64,000 nucleotides of DNA from Lingula anatina (lineage: Eukaryota; Animalia; Brachiopoda), in the NCBI GenBank assembly GCA_051362555.1, contig CM120644.1, positions 15,460,534 to 15,524,533 of the forward strand, read 5' to 3'. The position numbers and the translations under genes were made by a program. Positions within the stretch are counted from its first letter, which is position 1. Every line of letters begins with the position of its first letter. The notes beneath the pieces were generated by a model that was not told the DNA's origin, searched no databases, and saw only the letters and a list, made by a program, of their open reading frames with translations. Shown piece by piece: positions 13,997 to 27,015 of this stretch.

Positions 13997-14308
13997 CTCA
14001 GGGTAATATGACTGGTTGCAAAACGAAGGAAATATTGACTTGTAAAACGCAGGAAACGAGCATTGTGTGATTCTCAGGGTGTTAAGACCGGCAGTAAAAT
14101 GGGAGAAATATTGACTCGGTATTAATATACAGGAAACGAGCATAGTGTGATTCCCAGGGTGTTAAGACCGGCAGTAAAATGGGAGAAATATTGACTCGGT
14201 ATTAATATACAGGAAACGAGCATAGTGTGATTCTCAGGGTGTTAAGACCGGCAGTAAAATGGGAGAAATATTGACTCGATATTAATACACAGGAAACGAG
14301 CATTGTGT
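13997..14308. repeat. 80-bp minisatellite, ~3.2 near-identical copies plus a degenerate lead-in
   Basis: caggaaacgagcat recurs at 14050, 14130, 14210 and 14290. Confidence 0.95.
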
Positions 14309-17300
14309 TTGGTGTGCTAAGTGCCAGCCATGCTTAATTTTTTAATTGAGAGTGAGATTCGAGTGGAAATTTTTGGGTTACCCTGCGCTAAATATAAACA
14401 AATACCTGTGACAAAACAAATAGTCTGATCAAACAGCATTTATCATATTGAGATGTGAGTGGGAGGTTTGGGGTGATTTTGACTCTAATATAAACAGATA
14501 TCTGTTACAAAACAAGAGTCTGACCAAACTATGCTAATCATACGTAGCCTACATGTACAATGTATCAATACACGGACGACGTTTTGGAATCTGATATGTC
14601 TGGCCTGTCGAATTCTTAAGGATTGTTCCTGATTTCAGTTGTATAAAAACTTAATTAAACTAAATGTTCACCCTCGTTCGCTATATCTCTATCTTTAGTC
14701 TGTCTTACACCAGTCTAAAGTCAGAGCGAAGACAGACCATCAATGTCAAACATGGCTCACGCCTTTTTACTATTTAAGCGAAGCGTTTCCCACAATTTCC
14801 CATATGGGTGACTTAAAGGGGTAATTAGTAATAATCGCTGAATGAAATGGAATGGAATTTCTGTTAGCGGATCAGAGAGAGAGAGAGAGAGAGAGTGAGA
14901 GAGAGGTGGAGATGAGTGGGGTGGATGAAAGAAGAAGTAGAGAATGGCGATGAACAGAAAGGCAAGCCGAAAGAGAGGAAGCCCTTTCTTTCTTTTCTCT
15001 ATTCGTACAATGCCAGCCCATATTCTTAATTCCCTGCAAAAATACACCCAAAACAGCATCCTGTACTTAGCCATTCAAAGTGCATCTCAAATATTGACCG
15101 CAAGCGCGTGATACCGCTGCCTTACGTCGCAGGATGTTTTGTGTTTGCAAAACAGCAAAAATATGTATACACCGGATGACAGCGTTGCGTCACAGCAAAA
15201 TCTTTATATTGGTCATTTAAGTTGACAAGAATCGATGTTATGCAAGTTGTGCGCCTCAGATGTCTGTTTTCGACTTAACTTGCCATTCTTCGTATTGATT
15301 CACCAGAGCTGAGTATAGTTACAGTTTTGTGTTATACAGCGTCGTTTAATTGGAGCACTGAGATTGTGGGACGCGCGTCCCACCGTTGAGGTACATTGTA
15401 TAAGTCCGATGCGCACCGAGGGATTTAACTGGTGAGCTACGTACAACACTGGCCGCGTGAATTGGAGCTACCAGCTCAGTGTGTGCGCTAGTTTCCTTGC
15501 TTAGCAAGGGTCATTCGTTGTCTTGGGCAAGAGCAATTAAGCGGATGGTTGTGCCGCCAGGCTGCCGCGTTTAATTTTTTTTAATACCTTCTCCTCCCCC
15601 CCCCCCCCATCACATTCCTCTCCCCATCCCTGTCTGCAAGAAAGAAAAACTCGACACAAGTTCACCGTGACCGAACTTCATGCGCGGGTCGATCGGTAAA
15701 CCTGTGGTTTTCGGTGACGCTTGAAAGAATATTCGTTTTAATTGTCAAAGGGTGACGCACATTGTACAAGTGGATAATTTCTCACAGGTGCATAAACTCT
15801 ATATAGCTGCTTTAAATCACCACAGATGCCAAATGCTTTTGCCAATTATTGATAAAATTTACATAACGGTAGGCAACAGTGAAGAAAAAAAAACTCAAAA
15901 TCTATCATAACAATTGCTTTACTTAAAAGTGGGAGATTCAAATGCAGGCCTCCGTTTCACAAATCATTTGAATTCAGTTTCTGAGATTTACTGGCTACTT
16001 GTGTTGAAATCGATTCTAAAAACCGCTCATCTCATTTTTTTTCTGCCTAAAATCATATATTAATTTAACCTTATACCATGGGGGCCTGAATTGTCTAATG
16101 TCTTTATTTATTTGTTTGTTTGTTTGTTTGTTTGTTTGTTTGTTTGTTTGTTTGTTTAAGCAAAAAAACAAAACAAGATTTTAACTAGAGTGCATCCTAG
16201 ATTCTAGCAAAGGGCACTTATAGATTTAATATATGGTTTCCTCTTTCCTACAACTTGTAAAGATGAAAAAAATCCAAGAGAGATAAACACTCTTAGACTT
16301 TATATTAAGCATTTGTCGCGGTATGTGAGCTCTTTTAAAATAACTGTTTAAACCAAACTCCGGCTAAAGTTTCGTCTGCAAGTTAAGAGACGCTGTTTAA
16401 GCATAATGCATTCCATCAAGTTTGAGAAGAGCCATGGTAACAGCATAACAATACGACAGTTACAACGTTAAAACGCGATTTGTACCGAACACGTTATAAA
16501 AAAAAATGTGTACTTTTGATATAAAGAGTATATCCCTCTCTCTCTCTCTCACCCTATCTTTGTCTCTCTCTCTCTCTCTCCCTCTCTCTCTCTCTCTCTT
16601 TCTCTCCCACACACATATATACACACACCTAAACAACCCCTCTCTCACACACACCTACATGTACGTACATACATACATACACACACCGTTTCTCTCTCTC
16701 TCTCTCTCTCTTTTTTCGATCAATGAAATCAGTGAAATGAATTGGAATTCATATTATTCTCTGACACCATTATAGAAAGCCTTTGATTTGCATGACCGTC
16801 TGTTTAAAAGTGCTAACTAGTAATTTCAGTCAATGATTTGCAGGTGTTCTCGAAGAAATATCCAGCCGAATCTACATAAACACATTCTCATTTACAGCAT
16901 GACAGAATCGATCAAAATGTATTCCCACGTTATTTCACAGAGCGAGACAAACGATCTTAATGTGCTACTGCTGTTCTATACAGAGCAAAACAAACTGGCA
17001 AAATGCGTCCTCGATTTTTTTAATAAAACAGACTCAATCCACACGATGTAATCCGTCGCCTAGCTCCAAATGCGTTCACGCGACATGAAATGAAATGACA
17101 TTGATTGCATTATATCACAAAGAGCCATCAACAAATTTCCACTAGACATCATGGTATAGTCATCATCAAGCCACGTGATTGAAAAAAAACATTCTGGAGA
17201 TCGCTGCGTGTTTTTCCACCCATCGAATTGACCGCACCCCCTCTGTGTGCTTCCCGTTACAGCGGAAGAGCGCGTATCGGGTGACACAGCCCCATATTAA

Positions 17301-17320
17301 CACACCTATACGGACATTAA

Positions 17321-17510
17321 GACCCCGTTCCCATACCTAAATCGATCTAGCAGGATCGATCCGTCTCCCAGGGGTTTCTCGCTTAATTGCATTCAGTTTA
17401 AGCGGCTAAGATGTCTGGCACGCCTACTGAAGCTGCTTAACGATAGTTTATTATCCCCTAACAGCTTCAGTAGGCTTGCCAGACATCAGAAGCGCATAAG
17501 CTGAATGCTT
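17321..17510. mobile_element. Family H1 MITE, truncated at the RTE fragment
   Basis: gaccccgttcccatacc...gatcgatc plus an internal hairpin shared with 31434-31690. Confidence 0.65.
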
Positions 17511-17770
17511 GGTGATAAAGCAAGGGAGTTGAGGGTTTGCTGGTATGAGCATGTTAGACGGAGAGAAGAAACATGTGGGACAGAGAATGCAATGAAACCC
17601 CCAGGAAAAAAAATAAAAATAAAAAGGAAGGACAAGGAAAAGATATAAGGATGCAATCATTGAGAATATGAAAGAGTTGGGAGTTTAAATGGCTATGTGC
17701 AGGACTGGTGTGGGTGGAGACGGATAATCCGCTGTGGCAACCCCTGAAAAGAGACAGGTCCGAAAGAAAA
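17511..17770 (+). mobile_element. RTE-clade LINE 3' fragment
   Basis: Degenerate translation DKARELRVCWYEHVRRREE...GRTRKRYKDAIIENMKELGV...WRRIIRCGNP* followed by ccgaaagaaaa, the typical RTE ORF end. It abuts and truncates the MITE at 17321. Confidence 0.75.
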
Positions 17771-17850
17771 GGGACAAAATCGGTCTGGATAACACGACCA
17801 CGATTGCTTGGTTGAGATTGCGATTGTGTGAACTGAATCTCATCTACCAC

Positions 17851-17900
<50 letters not shown>

Positions 17901-18249
17901 ATTCACACATATTACAATCAACGATATCGCCTTCTAGCATAAAAAAAACGAAGATAACAGTTATTCAAAAGCTAAAAAAACATAAATAGACCACTGCAAC
18001 AGAGATCCAATTAACCTACAGGGAAAGCACAAGCGCGAGCACCTTCAGAAAATTTCGCAAACCAAGTCGCATTTACACTTTCTGATAGCCCCTATCACAC
18101 TCACTAAGTAAATTTTCCCTTGATACCAGTGCAATAACAGGTCACATGTGTAATGAACCTGATAAAAAAGGCATCTTTCAGTTTGAATTTCTGGGTCACA
18201 CAACGATCAGCCGGTGAGAAAATTCTGTCTGCTCGAGCAGTTAAGGATT

Positions 18250-21200
18250 ATGGAGAGAACGAGGATTGTACTTCTTACTTTGATATCTGTCCTTGCAGTT
18301 GTGCCTCACACAGGTAAATTTTCCAAAATTAAATTGACCATCTTAGTCTTTTCTTTTCATTTTATTAGGTTTCAATGTTGGATGTTTTACTTTCTCTCTT
18401 CGCGGTGATTTGAACTAATTCAACCGTGAAAAAAAAGTGCGGAAATTTGAATGTAGGTAGTTGCTTTTTTATTCGCAAGATGGGCTATGAGAACCACTAT
18501 TTGTTGACATGTCCCGCGTTGTCTCAAGAGAGCGGTTAATGTTAACTGATAATACAATGGATGACGTTTGCATTTCAAAGAATTTCTCTGCAGTCCAATG
18601 CTTAATTATGGATACATACACAAATCAAAAATTCTAGCTGTTACATAGAATGCAATGTAATGTTGAAACAATCAGATTGAAAAGATGATCAAATATATAT
18701 TAATCTAAGCAAAACCAATAATTATCAAGACTTTCCGGGGAATATCCTTACATTCAATCCTTACAATTCAATCCTTAGATTCAGAAAATGTCTTTTACGA
18801 CCGTTAGTAATTAGGAATTATAAATATGTTCATAAGTATGTGTTTTATTCAATATCTCTAGCACATGCACAGACCGTCAAGATCGCAGCGATTCCCGGAC
18901 TACGGGTGGTAACCGGATCCTCGTTCAATTTGACCTGTACCGTAAGCAATCACAACTTCACGGCTGGGAATCAGATATACTGGAAATTCAACGGTGAAGC
19001 AGTAGTCGATACACAGAGCCATAAAATAGCAGATAAATTCAAAGACCGCTTTGGAATTCTTAATGGAAATAATGTTCAAATCCTTACTAGAACAGGTAAG
19101 AATCATCTGTTTTTTTTTTGTTTGTTTTGTTTTTTTTTTTTAAGTTGGATGCGAAGTCATGTATTATAATGTGCATTGAATTCATGACTCTACTCGACCG
19201 TGGTTTCATTTACGTTTTGTCATTGTTATCAGTGATGAATGAAGGCATTTTGACTTTAAAAGGCAGATACCTGTTATCCTTTTTTTATCCATACCATTGC
19301 AAACAGAATTAGTGGGCTTATATAAAAATATTGTAGACAAGGAATCATATGACGTTTTAGTTTACCACAGAAAAATAAAGCAATAAAGAAACTAAAAGCA
19401 TATATGACCTCTATACTTCAGAGGCAAATACAGAGGACGCAGGAACATATGAATGTGAATTAAAAGATCAAGACAATTCACTTAGTAGGGATACAGTTTC
19501 CCTGCAAGTGGCAGGTAAGTTGGTGTGGGTTTGAGCTAAAATAGGCACGGTTGCTGTAAGGTGGCTCCTGAACAGTTTTCAGCGTGTGCATTAAGCATTG
19601 ACACTTTCAGCATGCTATTAAAATAGGATACAAATGCTAATGGTAAAATTGCCTATGCTTTTGATGTCTTACTGCCATATGCCCTCTCATATTACATGTA
19701 GTTATTGGGTTTTCCCCCTTCCTTAAACTTAAATATATTTAAATTTTGTATGAACTCCATGTTAAGAAATATATCAGCTTTTCTTGCGTCTTCGTTTTTG
19801 TTAATCAAACAACCAGTTTGTTCCTAGGTGACCGATTTACGCTTTATTTCTTGCAGATTCATTTTCTTCTAATGCCCCACCATCCACCACCAAACCAAGC
19901 ACCACTTCAAAGACGTCAACGCCAACTCCTAAAACTGACCGCAACATATCAGCAGGTAGGTGTCTTTTCTTAGATACAGCTCTAACTAGACCTGCGCTAA
20001 GAAATGAGGGAAATGAATAAAATAATAGAAGAGAAAATTAGATTATGGCATGGATAAATATGGATAAATATAAGTATATGAATCGATTATTGCATTATTT
20101 TTCTTTTCTGAACTGTTGAGTCGCGGAGGGCAGGCTAAATATATGTAGGAAAATTCATACAACTGTCTAACTTCCAAAATGGAGTTAAAATTCGCCGTTG
20201 CAGAACTCGTATGAATATATCTTTGTATTTTTGTTTGCTAAAAGGATAGCCTCCATATGTAGCAATAAAAACACTGGCTTTTATTTTGATGCATTATACT
20301 AGGGGCTAAATATGATGAAATATAGTCTAAACTGAAGCGGTTCTAGTTAAAGAAGAAGTAAACGGGCTACGTGTAATTGCTGTACATTCTTATCAGCGCC
20401 CGTAAGTCAACACTGCAATTTGCTACGACGCGACAGATAAATTGTTCAAATACTGATTTTATTTTCAATCATGAGATAGAAATGCAGCTGTCATACGTTG
20501 ATTTGGCCGAAAGACAGGAAAATGGCGGTCTACCAAACGGAAGTGAAATTCTATAGTTGGAACTGAATCAGAAACCGTTTTTGTTTTCGAGATAATTAGT
20601 GTACTCTTAATCATCGACAGATTCATCGGTATTAATGAAATGAAACGAGAAGTGCACAAGAGATTTGTGAACGATAAAAAATTAAAATTGTTATCGAAAA
20701 GATCTATTTTAAATAAGCAATCCTTTAACTATCTAGATATGCATTTGTCTTGCTGTTGATAATCATTGTTAAGGTAAGGAGGTAAATAATATCTATCTAC
20801 ATCCTATTTCATAGGCCCCATTCCCAAAGGTCCCATTTAGGACAGGGGACTAACTAGTCCGAGGATCAAATATGGCCAACCCACTTGAATACTCCCCATG
20901 GGATATCTATTCAGTGTCTATTAGCGGATTAGACAGCAAGTTTTGTAGTTGGTCGCCATATTTGACCCTGGGACTAGTTAGTCCCCTATTCTGAACGGGG
21001 CAAAGACACCATCGATCTAACTCTGAGGGGACTCTTGCTGTGTGCAATCAGACTAAATAAATGACATGCCTCCTCCTAGCGTTGAGCAGAATACTTCAAA
21101 GGTGGTGATTATACGAGAACGTTGGACACGAGAGTGGGCGCACGTGTTATTCACTTAAGCTGACTACACTCAGCGCGAGTCCATGCAGAGTTGGATCCAT

Positions 21201-21473
21201 CTACGTGGTGTCTTTAGGAATGATGGTCACTGATACAGAAAGATATTATGCTTTCATGTGTAATCTCTGTAAGCAGAAATTATTAATTAGTAATTTCATC
21301 TCGTCAGTTGTGACGTACATGTAAAACTGTTTGTAAATTAAATTTTTGCCATTGGCTATTAAATTTTTTAAATATAACCTTTCTTTTTAGCCTCAAGTAT
21401 CAAGAGCAATGGTCTTTGGTGCGCGCTTATGACATGGACTTGTTTTCTGATGTCACTCCGGAAATACATGTAA
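18250..21473 (+). CDS. Single Ig-domain (V/I-set-like) cell-surface protein with signal peptide, S/T/P-rich stalk and probable GPI-anchor signal; 5 exons, 190 aa
   Basis: Exons 18250-18313, 18862-19095, 19422-19514, 19857-19955 and 21391-21473; all introns GT-AG and phase 1; 573 nt open. Signal peptide MERTRIVLLTLISVLAVVPHTAHA. Ig hallmarks FNLTC, IYWKFNG, DRF and EDAGTYEC. Stalk PPSTTKPSTTSKTSTPTPK. Tail ASSIKSNGLWCALMTWTCFLMSLRKYM*. The last exon is the least certain. Confidence 0.8.
20814..21001. mobile_element. H2-related MITE in intron 4 of the Ig gene
   Basis: Long inverted repeat ggggactaactagtcc...caaatatgg / ccatatttg...ggactagttagtcccc. Confidence 0.6.
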
Positions 21474-21956
21474 TATTAGTTTATAGTTTTTTGCAATTTT
21501 ATAGTGACAGTTCCTGGGTACACAGCTTGGACATAAAATGTTTTTTGTTATTCTTGTTTTAAAAAAATAATCAAGTTTGACAATCATGATTTCAACAACA
21601 TGTCAGCATTTTTTTCTGACAGTTTTCTAGGGCTTTGTCCATTGCGCCATTTTAGATATTTAGTAATTTCAGCAAGCTGATGATCAGCCCGACATTTAGT
21701 CATGCTCAATCTGTTTTGTATTTACATAAAAATATATTATTATGCAGTTTAATTACTGGACAAACCAGACAGTTATATTCTATCAGGTTTTTGCGATTTC
21801 CAACGTGTAACACTGAGTTAACCATTGAAATGTTCATAATTTTTAAGGGAAATAGTTACGACCAAATGGCATCACTAAACGATTGATGCTGTCCACGTAT
21901 GCTGACTCCTTCTCTCCAAAACCAAATAAAAGTGAGGCAAGAACTTGTTGTTCACC

Positions 21957-22126
21957 CAGGCCGTAGCCAACAATTTCAAAAGGGGGGTTCTTTTTCTGAA
22001 AAAGTGGACCTTTTCCCATAAAAACTTCATGTACCTAGATCAAATTTTACCCAGAGTGGTCCTTTTCCCAGCAAAAGGGACGGTTCTTTCGAACCCCCCG
22101 AACCCCCCCCTCTGGCTACGGGCCTG
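21957..22126. mobile_element. MITE with caggccgtagcc TIRs
   Basis: Same family as 6128 and 31165, with cacc on both flanks. Confidence 0.7.
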
Positions 22127-22156
22127 CACCTATAGTTTACTCTACCAGTAAACCTA

Positions 22157-22351
22157 GGGCGCATTCAGAGCCAGTTGATCCGAGGACTAACTAGTCAAAT
22201 ATGGTGCGAAACACTTATAAGCGCGCCGAGATTTAATTTCTCTGTCCCTGCTGGGAGGTCTCGCACGGAAGGCGGGAATCCATTGTCAAGCGCACACATA
22301 TTTGATCCACGGACTATTCCGTCCTCGGATGAACGAGTTCTGAATGCGCTC
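22157..22351. mobile_element. Family H2 MITE
   Basis: cta|gggcgcattcaga...tctgaatgcgctc|cta with a 3-bp TSD. Confidence 0.7.
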
Positions 22352-22473
22352 CTAGATTGCATTGAACTAAATATTTTGCCTAGACGTACATGAACAATAC
22401 AGCTAAATTAGAGTTTCATGAACAGAATGTCTAAGGTTGGCAATATTAGGATAGTATAAGGAATGCATATATA

Positions 22474-22713
22474 CACACACTGGAGAATAGAAGTGTCACC
22501 CCCTGAATCAGAGTAATCAAAGTTATTAACCTGAAGAGGCGGAATATAAGCAACGTCAGAATATCGATACAGTTGAATTGTTAAGTCAGAAGCGTTTCTT
22601 TTTGTGAAATTTGATGTTAATAAAATGACACCAGGAGCATATCATTCCACAGTCATTTATCTCCCCCAAAGTACTGGTTCAGTAGGGGTGACACTTCTAT
22701 TGTCCAGTGTGTG
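22474..22713 (+). mobile_element. Tc1-derived MITE (240 bp), copy 1
   Basis: TIR cacacactgga(g/c)aatagaagtgtcacccc, flanked by TA on both sides. The last ~110 bp is the reverse complement of 25103-25210. Confidence 0.9.
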
Positions 22714-23063
22714 TACATGTTTAACCGGCAACACTCCTTCACCCCCCCCCCCCCCTCAACTTTGAACCCCCACCAAACTCTTCTGTTTATTCAGTGGACT
22801 TCACCAAGGCTGCCTTTGAAACGACCGTTATGAGTAATGAACTTTATCAGGGCAACACCGAATAAGTAAACTCTAAGAGTGAAGCTTATTTATCTGAAGG
22901 CCACATAAAATGACGCATATGACCCGTATTAGACCGGCTACTAAAATGAGCGGTAATAAGATATTTGTAATTTGTATATATATATTTTTTAATTTGAAAA
23001 TCTATTACCACTAGTAAAGCATAGTTTAGGTGACTTCATGCCTTTTCAATTTATTTATTTATT

Positions 23064-23120
<57 letters not shown>

Positions 23121-24535
23121 TCAGTATGCAAACTTTAAACTGTGATATAAATTCATAACGGTCCATTTTAAAAAATCCAGGCTTGCGTCTGAGTGTATAG
23201 AAAGTAGTACTGTTACCAATCTTGGCCTTAAAGTAGTTCGCAAGATATCTTTATCTCATATTCTGTTTATTTGGTTACATTTCCCACATCTTATCAGTTT
23301 GAACTTGTGGGTTTAATTTGACGTTATGACTGGGTGATATGCAAAGCTAGTACTTTAAATCTATGTCAATTTTTTGTAATTCTAAACCTTTCCCTGTATA
23401 TAATGCACTGATGCTGTGGCAAAAGCGAGCAATAAAAAAGGATATCATTTTAAATAAATGATTATTTGTTTTAGAACCTTGTGTGTTGTTAGATTCTTTA
23501 AATCATATTTTACACTAAAGTTGATACTAATTGTATGAAATTGTTGCCGTGTTGTTATTTTCTTCTTTCGCTTGTTCCAATATTTTCCAATTTTGGAGGT
23601 CGTTGGGGCGGGGGATAGATTCCCCATTCTCTCGAGGGAGGGGTCAATTATTGGCCCACCGTGTCCACTGGATTTATACTAAATTCAGGTAGTCCGATTA
23701 TCTTCTGACTGGTCTTCTTAAACCTAATGGCCGAAAAACTTAGAAGAAACGTACATGTATACGATCTTCAAAGCTCTTGATATTCGTAAGAAAAATGTTA
23801 CATGTAGGCTACATGATTTGCTGGTTGGAATAACGTTGCTAATCTTCTCTCTGCAGGTTGCATTCTTACTAATCCTCGGATAGGTATGCGACATGGTGTT
23901 TGACGAGAAAACAGACGTACTAGTGATTTGAAAACGTATAATCCACACAAATTAAACCCAGATTTTACCTTTATTCAAATTTTAAATGCCATAAAAGTTG
24001 CATGGCTGGAAAAAATGAGGACTTATCATATAACAACTGGAATAGAGCGCGCGGTGCCTTGTAAGCCACTCATTGGAACATTTGATATCCATTTCGTCTG
24101 CGTTTGAGGGCAGGTATTGTTTGTGGAAAAAAAAAGGGCGGGGGGTCCGGTGCACACATGTAGCAGTTTCTCTCTCTCTTCATGAATTTAAGATGTACTA
24201 GTAATAAAAGATTAGCGTTCGTCAGCCTATTTGCTTTGTATGCACCTTTCCTTCATGTACATGCTCAGAAATAGGCTTTGCTTGCTCTTTCAGAAACACA
24301 AACACGTTTTCATATGTTGGAATATGCAGCGAATAAATAGATGTCATATGTTTAGTGTACTGAAATTAAATATAAATTTTAATTTTATTCAAAGTGTGTT
24401 AAAGAAGCATGTTGAAAATCTGGTGTCACTTCAAGCACGCGATACTGTCAGAATGTGAATATCATGTCATTTACTGTGCTATTTGCAAAACGTGTACAGA
24501 ACGCTTACATAGGTCAGGCCAGTCGAATAGACCAA

Positions 24536-25021
24536 GACTGGGTTCTCATACCTAGATCGTTCCATCTGGATCGATTTAACTCCCTGGGGAGTCTCACTAA
24601 ATTGCTGTCAACTAACCGGTTACACGTTTGTCACGCCTACCGAATCAGTAAGGGGTAAAGATAATTACCCCCTAACAGCTTTACTAGGAGTGACAGACAT
24701 TTAAGCCGGTTACGTTGATACTAGTTTAGTGAGACTCCCCAGGAAGATAGATCGATCTAAATATCTGTGGGAATGGTCCCTTACCAGCACAGATTAAAGC
24801 CCCATTCCCATAGATATTTAGAACGATCTATCCCCCTGGGAAGTCTCACTAGATTGGTGTCAGCTTTAAGCCTTTACAAGCTTAAATGTCTGTCCCGCCT
24901 ACTAAAAGCTGAAAGGGGGTAATTAACTATGGTGCACGCTCGGCTGACAACAATTTAGCGTGAACCCCCAGGGAGTTAGGTCGATCCAGATGGATCGATC
25001 TAAATCTCTGGGAATGCAGTC
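24536..25021. mobile_element. Two adjacent family H1 MITEs (24536-24780 and 24797-25021)
   Basis: Ends gactgggttctcata...gggaatggtccc|tta and agccccattccca...tgggaatgcagtc|taa. The two copies are in opposite orientation, 16 bp apart. Confidence 0.7.
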
Positions 25022-25102
25022 TAAGTGAGGGTACCCAAATAACATATGAAAGATCCAACTCTACACAGAGCACACGAAAGGGGACTTTTTTCCGCTCAAC
25101 TA

Positions 25103-25641
25103 CACACACTGGACAAAAGAAGTGTCACCCCTACTGAGCCAATACTATGGGGGAGATAAATGACTGTGGAATGATATGCTCCTGGTATCATTTTATTAAC
25201 ATCAAATTTCACAAAAAATCACAAAATGAGAACAAAATATACATTCTACCAAAATATGTAGTTTCAAGTCCAAAATTAGTACTTAGTGGCATAGCCACGT
25301 GAACTAATAATAGGTGCCAGTCTACGAAGCAAGGATTCATTGAATTGTCTGATGCGTTCAGGGCTTATGCTGGCCCAAGCATGAAACACTGAATATAACA
25401 GAGTTTCTCTGCTGGTTAGACGGGCATTTGTAAAAAGTTTTCACATATCATTCCACACATTTTCTATTATGTTTGTATCCGGACTCTGGGCAGGCCACAT
25501 CACCCTGCGAATGTCCTGTTGGTCAAACCAATCATCAACTGCTCTGGGCCTGTGACAAGGAGCATTGTCATCCTGGTGAACAGATGTATAATTCCTTTCA
25601 CCAAACATGTTAGTAATAGATGGTAGCAAGCCTGACTCCAA
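25103..25641 (-). mobile_element. Tc1 (DD34E) transposon remnant: transposase C-terminus plus one terminal inverted repeat
   Basis: HQDDNAPCHR...WPAQSPDTNIIENVW with 34 residues between D and E, then a premature stop. The end reads TA|cacacactggacaaaagaagtgtcaccc. Confidence 0.9.
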
Positions 25642-26198
25642 AACTATATATTGTCACAGTGATATTATGGGCTTACATGGAGTTTAGCATGCACGTCATT
25701 TGATATAATTGAATTTACCAAGTCAGTAGTGAGGTTAATATTGACATTCTCTTGCCGTCAATATCTTACCTGATGGGTTCCAGGCACAACAAAAATTCTC
25801 GTTTAGTTTCAGACAAGGTGTTACGGAGCTTACGATTGCAGTAGATGTGACCGACCGCAGCAATGGAACTTGATTTCAGCGAGGACTTGATTACAAGTCC
25901 TTGGTTTCAGCAAGTTTTTTTTTCTGTAATGCGCCATAGCAAAAAAAACAACAACAATCACAATAATGTCTTCCGTACCATGGGATATAGCTACTGCAGT
26001 GCGTTCCTTCCGGTCAAACTTGGCTGGTATCAGTATAAATGCGTAGACTGCGCCATGTAGCGGAGATGCAGCGAGGATCGCATGTTTTTAACTGAAAGTT
26101 TCACCCTTTCAGTGTTATAAAACTTTATTTGGAATGATGTAAAATGATACATGTAAGTGGAGGATCCTTTCTGTGACAATGGAGTGAATTGTTAATGG

Positions 26199-26375
26199 TT
26201 ATAATAATAATAATAGGCTTCTTATATGGCGCCTTATATGCTACCTCGAGGCGCCTTACAATAATGGATAATATAACTAAAATTATTAAAATGACTACAA
26301 TATCTAAATCTAAAACATAAATTGGAAATCATTTAAAATTAACACTATTAAAAACACAATCTTATTGAAATATTG
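26199..26375 (-). mobile_element. Second copy of the same L2/CR1 3' UTR and tail
   Basis: ttcttatatggcgcctta...aggcgccttacaataatgg...catttaaaatt aligns with 32400-32530. Confidence 0.75.
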
Positions 26376-26895
26376 TCAGAATTCCAACTCACTATTATTA
26401 GTATAGGGCTGCCATTATTTTTTCCACACCTGGTCTTTTTATTTTTGGCGGCTGGATGGGTGAAATTGTTGCACGCGACGTCAAGGGCAACCACCATATA
26501 CCGTATCCTGTTGCCGTTTTAGACGGAATCCTCTGGTTTCTTACAATGAAGTCCTTTTTGATAAGTAGACATTTGGAACTATTCAGTGCTTCAATTGCGT
26601 TAAAAATCCACAGTCGTTGCAGAGGTCCTTTGATTTTCTGTTGATAAAGCACTACCAAAGACATTTCATAAACGATTTGAGAGTTTCCGGTAGGCCTACT
26701 TTATAAAGATCAAGTAGAATACGTGAGATTATAAATCTTCACGGTTACAGCAACATTAGAAAATCATCTCATTCCTTAGTTCACGGTCATTAATATCATC
26801 AACAGCATAATCTTTATGATTGTTTCATAAATGTTTTATCAACTTTTTCTACTTTCGTTCTAGAGTTTATATTAAGGTACATGTAGGTCTATTCG

Positions 26896-26977
26896 TTAAA
26901 TAGACGCGTAGCTTTTTTCGGCCTTGCAACCGTGTATTACAAATTTTCCACCGTCCTGAAAAAAAAACATAAATAGA

Positions 26978-27015
<38 letters not shown>

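Noticed and set aside
13997-14308. CRISPR-like regularly spaced repeats
   Set aside because: The whole 80-bp unit repeats with no unique spacers, there are no cas genes, and the context is eukaryotic.
1502-17940. Numerous ORFs rich in [18 protein letters not shown] or CVCVCV
   Set aside because: They are translations of dinucleotide microsatellites.
20737-20773. Hydrophobic AG/GT-bounded mini-exon (YAFVLLLIIIVK) as a TM exon of the Ig gene
   Set aside because: It needs a phase-2 acceptor but the upstream donor is phase 1, which gives an early stop. It is also too short for a TM helix.
26398-26664. 88-aa minus-strand ORF as the last exon of MRH copy A
   Set aside because: The true last exon at 26955-26896 fits the family; this ORF has no motif and is probably 3' UTR or intergenic.
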